This document shows positions 50,301-62,300 of a DNA stretch of 64,000 nt, one piece after another. Position numbers and translations under genes: made by a program. This DNA is from Hyphochytrium catenoides (lineage: Eukaryota; Protista; Hyphochytriomycota). Below the pieces are notes generated by a model that saw nothing but the letters and a program-made list of their open reading frames with translations, was not told the DNA's origin and searched no databases. How positions within the stretch are numbered: position 1 is the first letter of the stretch; the number at the start of each line of letters is the position of its first letter. Location of the stretch: positions 1 to 64,000 of the forward strand of contig FLMG01001584.1 in assembly GCA_900088475.1 (NCBI GenBank), read 5' to 3'.

Positions 50301-53300
50301 TAAAAGCAGGTGAGACAGCTACCAGCTATACAAGAACTATTCACCAAAAAGGAACCAGAAAGCAGAACAAATTGACGATTTGGCCCCTGATAGATCGTCA
50401 GGACAAGTAGAATGGAGTGAGATCACTTCCATCGTGTTCAAAAATCGTGGTGAAGGACGGCGTGCTCAAGTACACAGCTCGAAAACAAAGGAGCAACCTG
50501 AAAGTTCTCGCTCCTGCAGTGGGCGTTGGTAAGGTGCCTTCCTTGGATATCTTGGAAATGAGAAGGTCCGATTGGCACTAACGACCTGCCACGGATTGTC
50601 TGGGCGGCCATCTTCATCTCTATCATTGTAGTCCGGAAAGAGAGTCCCTGACATCAAGTCACAGCTACAGTCGCTCCTCACTTCAACTGTGGGATGCGAT
50701 GAGTTTGAGATCACCACATCATTGACTCCACCCCTACCAACAATCCACCCTATGGAGGAATCTATCACTTGAGTGCCTTCTTGCGCTGCAAAGAATTATA
50801 GGTCAGGTCTACAGGTAAATGCAAAGTTACAAGACGGATAAATTTCAAAGCAGACGCTCACCGAGTGGTCTCTGGACATTGAGGGCCAGGTCTGGCTTGC
50901 CGGCAACAATAACAGGTTCGGTGAATGTCACAGAAATGGGAACTATCTGGTCTCTTCCGTACGTGCCCGGAGGAAGGGACGATGAGACAGAGAGTATAGA
51001 GGCAGCACTCCCTGCTATAGATATGCTGCCTCTGCCTCCCCCGCCTTCCAACGTAAAGTATAACGTAGAACCTGGCAAGGTAAGATCCGCTGGTTGTCCG
51101 GACACCTCCGCCCACCGCACAATATCCCCCACAAGTGCGTCTTTGGAATACGCAGCCAGGGATGAGCAAAAATCCTTCGAGGAGACGCTGAATGCAAATG
51201 ACAAAGTGTCGGTCATGTTGCCTCCTGCGTGGGATGTAGCGTCAGACGGACCACAAAGTGCTAAGAGCTGAGGAGAGGTACTTTAGGTCCACAAGGGCAT
51301 TGAAATTGCTTCTGTACAGAGTTAAAAGCTAAAACAACTCTGGAGAGATTAGGTGAAAACCTTGACTCGGGGTACACACGACATACCAGTAAAGATGGCC
51401 TTAGACTGAATGGTGTTAGGAGAGCAAAGACGAAGGGTAGGAAACCCGGATCGGATCTATGGAAGAGATGGAACCATCGTTAGCCCTACAGTGCGAGACA
51501 TTGGAACCAAATCAAGAGACCAAACACATGGGCGTAGGATGAGAAAGCGGAGCAGCAGAAACAACTAGGAGGGTGCAATTTTGTCAAATCCGGGTTGGCC
51601 AGTAGGTGAGGCTGAACTTGGTAAACACTGACCATGACCGTCGCGCTAAAGCGGACATGAAGAGTGAGAGCGGACCCTTTCGAGTATAATCCCGGAGTCT
51701 CTTTGGTGAAGAGCGAAAGGACCTTCGGTGGACCGGAGCTCACAGAGAGTCGTGACTTTGATAAACTACCAGGGCCACCTATGGTCATGGGTTAATCAAT
51801 CCACATGACTTATATAGACTAGAGGCATGTTTAGCATTCCGCATCTTAATCAAATTTCATACCGGGTGCAGGTAGGGTTAAATCTGCTGGTTGAATAGAA
51901 TTTGTGGACTTCCTTAAAACCACGCCTGGGAATGAAGGGAATGACAGAGGTAGCGTTACAGGAGGGTGAGACCAACCTCTATGGACCAGTGACCCATTTA
52001 AACCTAGCTTTTCCTTGGTTCGAACCGATAGCGGCTCGAGAACAAGGCACTCCTCACCTGACAAGGACGAACTAGCAAGGTAGTCCAATAAAGCGATATT
52101 GTCTCCGGGCTGCACCAGATACTTAAGAACTATCCGAGACCCCTCCGTGCGTACATAGGATGCGGATCGTCCCACATTCAAAGCTAGGTCCAGACTCCCG
52201 TAGGGCATTTCCACCTCGGCAGAGAACTGTAGCGATAGAAAGATTGACTCCCCTGGACCACTTGAGATACCCGTAGTGTTTGAAGACACAGAAAGGATGC
52301 TTGGTGGGGACGAGTCAACAATAATTTGGCGTACGTAGGAAAGACTGCCTGCAGTACCGTACAGTGATATGTGGCAATAGCAGTGGAATGTAGTGTCAGC
52401 GCTTTCAGCTTCCGAGAATGGAGGGAGATGAGGTGAAGCAATCTAGCAGGCAACGCACATAGATTGCGATAGATGGCAATAAGATCTGGTTTTACCTTTG
52501 CCTCTTGGAGGAGGGAGCCGCGTCGGCATGTAAAACCCATCCTTCGTTAGGAGGTGCTCAAATGGAAGTGACAAAGCTGAGGAAGAGGAATAGTCCAGTG
52601 GAGAAGCGCTATGCCCCAGGCTGCAGTACAAATGACGATTAGCCAGCCTCACTGCGATAAATGGATAAAAAGATTCTCTAATACGCCCTATCCTCCCGTT
52701 TATTCTGGAATACTGCCGCAGTGCGCAAATTACCCGTTGCCCTTCAACTCCAACAGCCAGACTTACCTGACAGTGTACACAAATGTGACGATATGTGTGC
52801 CGTTACCTCCTGCATACGGTGCTGGGCTGACATCTGCTAATCCTGGTCCTGTTTGCAGTAATAAGGACGGAGGAGAACGCAGCACGACTGGACTTGAAAA
52901 GACGACCAAGACTTCTACTTCCTCTCCTACTCCAATCCTTCCTCCATCATGATTAGTGAAAGTATAGAGTACTCTTTCTCCATCCGTTCGGAGTGCGATT
53001 CGGCCTCCCGAAGCTACTACCCCCCTTCGCTTTAAAGAAGGTGAAGGTGCAGATGGCTTAGGCAGAGACAGATTAGCATCAATCGTGGGAGATTGAGATG
53101 CTAACCGAATCCATGCCTGGCAAAGAGAAGATTGGCAGATCTGACTATCCTCGTCCACGTCTTCTTCGCTAAACCACCTCTTGTTCCGCACTAGAAGGGA
53201 AGATGTCGTCTCATAATCTAGCAGCCCTGTAATGGGTCCTCTGTCTTTCGTACTATCGCCTTCCCGGACGGTGTACTCAAAAACAAGGCGATTAGTTCCA

Positions 53301-56300
53301 TTCCCTTCCTTGAAACCTGCGAAAGCCGCTTGGAGTTTCAGGCTAGGGAACCGAGAGAAAGAGAGGACAGAACTGAATCCACTATACGAAGTACTGATGC
53401 CCAGATAGAGTGCGGGAAGGCCCTTGACGACTACCGGTCTAGAAAACACCACTTGGAGTTGGAGTTTTTCTCCGGTAGAGTATACCCCCGAGGGTGATAG
53501 AGATGAGACAGCGAGCACCGACGGGGGTGTACTGTCCAACTTCAGCTGCGCACTGTCGCTCAAAGAGTTTGCGCTGCCGGGAACTACCGTCGTGGCGACA
53601 AATAAGGGGTATTCGCATGACAATAGGGAAAAAGGGTACTGTTAGGGACACAACAGACGCAAAAGTCAAGCTTGCGCAAGTATAAAGAGCAATACTACAG
53701 ACCAAGGCAGGACCAACCATGCGAGCTGCTCCCCGGGGAAGCGACGAGAGGCAGACGAAGCACCAAAAGGATTGACATAGGAGGACCCTAAGACAGCATC
53801 AGCAACTTCTTTGCCAAACGTCTCACCTGGACATCTTAGAATGGCATCCAATACTGGGACTTCAGTCTTCTTCGTGATCCTTCCTCCGTGAAGCCTGAGG
53901 GGTTCGGTGTACCTCTGAGACGAGGTAGACCTGTCATCTACGACATCGAGCCGGCCTGTTGCGTCACGGAAAGAGACGATGTATCTGCAAGAACGAGGTG
54001 ATGATGGCTGAGAACAAGGATATCGCGAGAACCAAAGACTTTTTATCACGGTAAGCGGGGACCACAATAGAGGCAAGCAGGGCTCACAAAAGCTATAGAG
54101 AGACAGAACTAAGGTGCGGCAAAGAAGGGACCCTACAGTGGATATTTAAGGACAATCCACATAACAAAAGGGACTTGTATAATATTACATACAAAACGGG
54201 GACAGGCTTCAGAGTTACAGAGTATCAAGACCACGTACCGAAACCTAATAGTATCAGTTCCATTTCCTTCAAAATAGTCCGCATAACCGACTCTTTCTTC
54301 GGCGACAGAAAGGGCGAGGGATGGGAGTCCATAGATAAGCACAGGAGCCGAGAAAACCACCCCAAGAACTAGACGATCGCCAGCAGAAAAGGTTCCGGAG
54401 GTATTGAAGCTCATTAGGCTTAGCACCTAGCATATAAGCAAAGAATGCATGGAAAGATTATAACGATTTGCTCCTCGCCAGTGTTCCAAAACCTGCTGTG
54501 ACTCCCAGTCCCCAGTCCCTGGCCGATGCATGTTCTCTTTCTTAGCCTATGTCGTCATTGGTGCTCTTACCTCTGGCTGTGTGGTTTGAAGCTCTATGTG
54601 TCTTGTCCCTCCAAGGGAATTTGCTGATAGTCCACAAGTCAGATAACTCTCAGACACCTTCAACTAAAGCTGTGGCTTCAATCGCCCCAGAATTCTCAAA
54701 ATACGAGAGTGATAGCCAAACGAATGATAGACAATGTAAGGTCTAAGATAGCTATCATGATAGAAATACCTGAAAGCGGAGGCGGCAGATTAAGGTCCGC
54801 ATCAGTGACCGGCAAGGCCGATAATCGGCGGATCATTGCGCCATTTAGCGACAGAGACAGACTGTCTTTGTACTCCAACACGGGTAGCTGATCCGAGGTG
54901 CGGACTGCATAGCGAAACAAAAGAACCGCCGTGCCATTTCCACCTACATAATAAGCGCGCCGGCCGCTATCTCCTTTCTCCTTAGGGTAAATCGTGATGA
55001 CGCTTCCAGTAAGCGCAACAAATGGAATCCCTGCACCAAGAGGGGGCGGCACGTGTTAATTCAAGGCAGGGCACTATGGACACGACGTGCCGCCAGCTTT
55101 TGGGGGAGGGGTGTCTCCTTAGGGAAAAAGACGCTTCACAAAGGTAGCGTATGAGCACTGAGCAAATATGATTGTGCGGATGGAGGAGTCATGTATAGCC
55201 AAGAGGTTGAGGTGTCAAGAATCAAGAACACTCATAGCAATCGATGGGAGGATAAGAGAAAATAAGTTACCTTGGCCCAGCACTACGACGGGCATAGAAA
55301 ATGTGATGGTGATATGGATTACATCGCCATAGCCATAAAGGCCATCAGGGTTGAGGGCGGATACCCGGACAACAGCCGGAGGGTTCGTGTCGACCACGAC
55401 GAGGGACTGGGAGAGGGATCGCGGATCTGACAGAGAGGGCGAAGGCAAAGGAAGCGTGGCCAGTCGTGTGCCGAGGTCATCCCATAGTTCAACTCCTTGT
55501 AGCTCCAGAGCACTCGTAGATGCAACATCTAATGACGATGCGACTGTAGTATCTCCTATTTGCAAAAGAACGACGAGGCAAGCTTAAGGACAAGCTCCAC
55601 AGCAGCTATGTGTTTCTTAAGGGAGAACTGTTAGCAAACAGAACTGGATACAGAAGAAGTATACATGGAGTAGAAATGATAAGTAGTGGGAGAGTATGGC
55701 GTCAGATGGCGTAAAATAGCTGAGAGATATCTCCTACCTGGCTGTACCACGTATTTGAATTCGAGAGTATCAACGGCGACAGGAGGTACGCTCCGTAGAA
55801 GGGCCAATCGACCATTAGATAGTTGTAGACGGGGCCATAGAAATGAGAGAGGAGTCCATACCCTCTGCGCTGAATCGAAAAACTGATGCAAAGAGAGCGC
55901 AGGGTTAGTCGGCCTATTTGGGTCGAAGGACCACCGTTTAATCCTTGATTATGTCTTTGCACACTCTTTGACTTTATGGCTGCTCACTACTCTCAGCTCT
56001 CGCTTGTGTCATAGCCCATTCTTTGAAGCAATTCGCCGCTACTAGCAGTAGAAGGGTAACGAATGGCAGATGACATTTCCCTCAATTCATCACCCTTTTC
56101 GTACCTTGATTTGAATCATTCTAGTTCCATGGGGCCCCTCCTCCTCCCACACTGCCAAGACTGCATCTCCGCTCGATCCCAAGAAAGGACAAGCAACTGA
56201 CCTTTCTGGATCGACATTCAATGGTCTTCCAATCGTCCAGAAATCGTCTTCTCCCCCTTCTTCCATATCCAGCTCCTGATCCCAGGATAGGCTACCATCA

Positions 56301-59300
56301 TTCCACCTTGCTACCCGCAGTCTAGGACTCCCCCATGGAACAGAGCTATCCAGATAGGAAATATATAGAGAAGATCTAAACTCAACTAGTGACGGGGAGA
56401 AAAAGCGTGAATCAAACACCGTCGAGAAAGTAGCACTTGTCGTTGAAGATTCATGTCCAAACTGAGGCGTATTGACGGCTAGGGAAGACAGCAAGAGCCA
56501 TTCCTTGTCCCCTTCGTTTCTTGATAGAGACGCAGCCCATATCAGAGAAGATCCATTTACTTCCTGTTCCTTCCAAGATAGCAGAAGTCGGGCGTCGTCT
56601 CTCCCTTGCCTGGCTGTGTATAGACGAGGATGGGCAGAATACGATGAAGCTGACATTGCCAGCCCTACGGAAAAAGAAAGAGAACTCTTTCGGTAAGGGA
56701 CATGAAGAGACAAAGTAAAGCAGTGGCCAGAAGAAGGAGGGCATTACGGCGGTGGCAAAGACAGTAATGGCGAAAAGCAAATGACCTAAGCTCCACAGCC
56801 AGCCTGTGGCTCTGATACTTCCCACTTACCGCCCTCGTCTCTTAGTCCTCTATCCATCCTTCTCCAATAGGGAAGAAGAGAGCCCTCTTCATGTTCTGAA
56901 ACTCGTATAATGACCCTAGGACGACTTGACGAAGAAGGAGATGTCGTGCTGGGAGGGAGTAGCTGAGACCATGCTAAATAAACTCTATTTCTGTAGATAG
57001 AAAGTGACGGAGAGAGAGCAGAAAGGCGATCTTCTCCTTGCAATCCCGCACTTCCTTCACCGCCGTCTATGAGCTTCCAGGGGAACTGTATGGGTCTAAA
57101 GGATTTTACTCTAACCTACGGATGAGAGCGGCATTAAAAGAGGATCAAGCCAGTTGCAGGAAGAGAGCTCTTTAATTTGTAGCTTCTTAACCACGTAAGG
57201 TAAAATTCAATTCCTTAGAAGCAAGCTTGAAGGAACTATGTGCGACGCCGGTATGTACATTACATGGGTTAACATTAGATGGGTTCACCACAAAGGAGAG
57301 AAGGCCAGAAGAGGACGTGAGAAGGCCAGAAGAGGACGTTAATCTAGAAAAAAATAGGTCCACAGAATGTAGCCCGAGTAAAAGGGCCACAGGTCCACAG
57401 AATGTAGCCCGAGTAAAAGTCTCTTACCCTAGAAACTCCAAGGGGATTTCGTTCTTCCCAAGCGCAGTATATTATTCCGTTATGCGAGGCTAAAGTGGGT
57501 GACGCTGCTGCTCGGGACGAATAAACATTCAATCCGGTCACGCCTGCTCCGTCTAGGGACTGCCAGCTTCCTGCCAGGAATTCAGGTTAACTTAACAGAA
57601 GCTCGAAGATTTAGCATTACTAGCTGTCAACAAGAAATAAAAAGAGCATACCAGGGGTAACACAAAAATGCAAACGCCAAGCTCACCAAGCACTAGATTA
57701 TAGAGAGACGCTCTGACTTGCGGCACGCCATCTGCACCAGGCTCAACCCAAGCAACAATTGGGTTGTCCTCATGCAAGGCAATTGTCACGTCACTTGCTG
57801 TTCTCGCTGCGTCTCTATTAACTCTATCCGCAAGTCCTCCACCCACGAAGGAGATTGACGTCGAGGTAAGAAGCGCCGCTTGAACGTGACTAATTCCTGG
57901 AGTGGAAGTTTCTTCTGTCCAGACTAAAAAGACACTAGACGGCGACAGGGAAGTTAGAGCTACGAAAGACGGATGCTGTCCATCTTTGTCCTTTTCTCTG
58001 TTAACGCCTACGACAACCTTCACCTTCCGTCGGAACTTGGCGGCAATGTTTACTACTTCCCCCGCTCCATAGGTTCCTGGGGCCAAGTTTGTAACCCAGA
58101 CTTTCTCGGTCACAATAGGCGCTAGATGTATGGAAAAGACGAATGCAAAGGAACAGCCGTTAAGTGCAGCCCGGCTGATTTATTTTACGGTCCGCTTTTG
58201 CCCCCAACTTTCACTCTTTCTGTGATCAAAGGATGACAACTCCCTTACCTTGAGTATCAATACTCCAGGAGACTTGGTTCGACAAACACTTCCCTACCGT
58301 GAATGGAAGCGTCATATCCGCATCACCCTTGGGAAGAGACGAGGAATCCAATATAGAAACAATACCGTCTCCCGTGGGAAGAGAGGAAATAAGAGCACCA
58401 TTGAGCGAGAGGGCAGAGGGAGAGGAGAACTCAAGTTCAGCAACATTATCTCCTTCTCTGATCGTGTACCAAAATGTTAGTAGCTCATCAGTACTTTCTC
58501 CTTCTTGAAATATTGCATCTCCATTAGTGTTCATTTTGATGGTCGGTGTGCCTCCTTCGACCGCCACTTTCTTACTCATCTGTAGGGAGAAGCTTAAAAC
58601 GCCTGGAGGAGAAGTGAGCGAAGCCAAGTAGAAGCCTTTGCCGTACACTCCTGCAGGTGCTGACGTAAGCACGGCAATCACTTTTGGAGGCCGGGAGTCT
58701 ATTGTAATAGCACTGCTATCCTCCAGTCTCTGCAACGAGATGGGAAGGGGGAGAGAAACATCTGCTTCTGTTTTAGGGTTCATAGAGAGGCGAAGAATTG
58801 CTCCCTCATTGACATCCAAGGAGGCACCTGGAGGACAAGAAAGAGTCCAACGCTGTTCATCGGACGGAACAACGAAGCGAAAGTTGACACTGCGGCCCTC
58901 CTGAACCCTTCTTACTGATCCAAACAGGGGATCACAGTCTTCCTCGTCGGGAGGGTTGAAAAAGGGAGAGACAGGTTGTAGAGCATGTAGAGGGAGATGC
59001 GATGGTGATGGCGCAAACGTGACGGTGTAGCGAAAGCCACCTACAGTTGGAGAAGAAGTCACGGTAACAGTCCCGCCGAGGGATGCAATGCTCGCAAGAC
59101 GAGAGAGCTCCTCCAATAGAGCTCCATCTTCTCCCGAAGCTTTGTCATATTTTATACATCGGGTAACTTCATTTCCATATTGGAGACGATACTCTCCAGA
59201 TACGGGAGTTGAAGGTAAGTAAAGAGTGAAGGGCGAGGGAGATAAATTGGGGCCAATTTCTATCACTTGCACTAAGCCAGCGAGAGAATACTCGGCTTCA

Positions 59301-62300
59301 TGGCCAAAGGCAAGCGGAAGAAGAGGAGAGCCCCGAACCAGTACCGGGGCGGAGAACTCCGCGACAATGTCCACAATCTCTCCCGGTATTACCTCGGGAG
59401 AATCGGGGTGACGACTGTAGATCCTCTGAATGTACGGCGGCGTTGTGTCGATCTTAAGCCTGTGAGAGACCGAGAGGGATTCAGGACTTCCTGGTGTTGG
59501 AAGGAGTAGAAGAGCTCTTTGTCCCACCCATCCGCCCCTCGAGAGAGAGGAATGAGAAGCGGACAATATACTGCCGTATGGCGTTGCAAGAGAGAGTGAA
59601 GGATTTCCAATCTCCACTGGGTCTGCCATGTCACCTTCCCTGACAGTGTATGCGAAGGTGAGAGCCTGAGTGTTGTTCCCTTCTGTATAAGTAGCGTTAC
59701 CAACATTTAGAATTAGTATTGGCCTTCGCCCTACCACCCTTACTTCGCTCGTCCAATGGACGGTGATTAAAAGGCGATCCCCGGCTGCGTAGGTGCCATC
59801 TGCTAAGGAAGTGGAGAGATGTGACACTAGAGGAGGAGTAGGGCTGTGAACATTGGCGGGAGTAAGAGCAGGTAAAGAAGTGTCACTACCTGAGGAAGGA
59901 AGGCTAAGAAGAGCGTGTTGAGGGGATAGAGTTGATGCGCGCCTGACATCACCGGCCAGCGAAGAGGAAGCGGGATAGGTAAGAAGCTGTGTCGAGTCCA
60001 ACGGTTGTACCTCGTATATGAACGAAAGGGTTTCGCCTTGAACCCATTCGGGTAGATAAACACTATTTACCGTCAAAGCGGGGCCATCCAGACAAGATGG
60101 ACAATCTAAAGGGAATGATGAGCACTCTGGACCCGGAGAGAGAGCAAAAACTCGACCTTCATCAGGATCTCGTCCCTCCACGACGAGTGATGACGAACTT
60201 GACGAAAACGTTATGTAGTACCGACGTGTGAAAGGCAAAAAAGTTGAGTCCACGCTTACGCTCACGTCCATGTCGGCATCCAGCAACTCCTGTAGAATAG
60301 ATTCCAACGACACGGAGGCAGGCAGAGAGGGCAAAGAGGAAGCAGGAACATTCCAGTCTACGCAAGAAGAAAACCCCTGGTCCCCATACAGGAGCTGGAA
60401 ACTCCCTGTTTCTGCCCTGACATCCACTGTTTGGATGGTGGCGACCGGTGGGGCACAGCTGTCGTCCCACTCCGGGATAAGCGGAGCAAGAGGAGGAGAT
60501 ACGAAAAGAATAGTAGTCCTTAAACCGTTCCCATAGGTCTGGATATTCACCTCCTTTATTCCTATGGTTCGGAGTTCTGAGATGGCTTCCAAACGCTCTC
60601 TCAAAGAGGAAGGCGATCGGCTCTCCGCTAATCTGTAATCTATGCATGCGGAGAGACTGGACGAGTACCTTAGCCGGTATTCCCCATATATTAGTCGCCC
60701 AGGTCCTTTTACGCCAAAGTCGATTATCTGCAAAGTGCTACCTCGAGTGTAGACCGCTGTACCTAACGAAAGGGGAAGAGTCGGAGAGGAACTGGCAGGG
60801 ACAGTCACAGAAGATGAGAATTTTACAGCTATCTCCAGAATCCCTGGCTGCGGCTCTTTCTGTTCTTTCTCTCCCTTGTCTCTGTTCACCAGGATTGTCC
60901 ACCAACAGTTGGGGGGAGCACAAGAATCTGAGGGGTTAGAACATCCCTCGTAGTCAACTTGCAGTGCCAATATAGATTGAGAAGGGGAAGCAAAAGTAAT
61001 ATGGTAGCGGTGAGTTGTCACCCATTGAGAGGAGAAGCTCTCTTTGCTGACAGAGACTGATAGAGCCAGGGAAGAACTGGCTTCCAATGACGTCTTCACG
61101 GAAGCTGCTGAGTCGTCCCAAGCAAGGCATTCCGTGGGTATTCCCCCATAGAGTAAACGGAAGGTGCTTCCGGCTAATGTCGCAGATGGACTGGAAGACA
61201 AGTCTACAGTTTGAATCATGTCCTTTTCTGAGTAGAACGGACGAGGGTTAAGGATGGAAACTGCTACTATAGATGGTGGAGATGTCTCGACGACAATCTT
61301 GTGAGAATAAGAGAGGCTCCCCGCTCTGCCAGGATTGGGAAGATGCAGCGAGGCAGAACGAGAAGGGAGGAAAGCTCCTGCTCTAATACAGTCAGAAGTA
61401 AGAGAGCTCCACTGGGAAATGCTAGAGGCTATTGCGGAAACCGCTCTGTAGACCGCGGCTCTTGCAACTTTTCTGGAGGTGTCAGGCTGGTATTCCTCGG
61501 ACCAAAGGATGTACGTGCGGTCACCGTCCTCGAAACCTTCGGAGCTAACAAGCGAAGACGAGCTTGCACCCATGTGTGGGAAGAGGTTGAGTCCTCCTTC
61601 TTCACCTCCGGGAAAGACCACAGAGCTAGAGTCCACGAAGCGAGATATTGTTGTCGCTTCTCCAAGGTCGAATTCTCTGACCCTTACCCTCATTGGTATG
61701 CTGGGGTCAGAGGCTTCCTCCCAACTTAAAAGTAAACTCGTATCGCCCTTTCCTACGACCAGAGAGGGTGCTCGAGCAACTCCATTCCTGTCCCAGTTTA
61801 GGCCCTCCCCCATGTCTAGAGAAGACAAGCTGAAGTCCCTTTTATTGTAAGCTGATAGGTGAATGACGGAAGAGCCTAATCTTTCTTCTACCCAGGCCAA
61901 GAAGAGTAACTCTGCCGTCTGCGCCATGGTGGGCTCCATGGCAGAGTGAGAATTATCATGGTTGAAGCTTTCTCCGTCTGGAAGGACAGGGAGCCATCTG
62001 TTTGGACCGGAATGGTAGGCATATACCCTTACCTGTTTAGCCCCGGGGATCCCTCCAATCTCTTCTTCCCAGGCACAAAGGAGATTTCCTTCTTCATCTC
62101 TAATAGAGAGGACCGGATTTCGCGCGTTTGCGGATGGGTCATAATTTAATGGTGCCCCGAAATCCCTGTGGAGAAACCTCCAGGTATCGCTGTGAACGGT
62201 CCAAGCAGCTACACGGATCTGCTCGACTCCGGCGCCCGACTCTTCTGTCCAAGTCACATACATTACTCCGTCCAAAGCTACAGCTCTGGGACTCTGAGCA

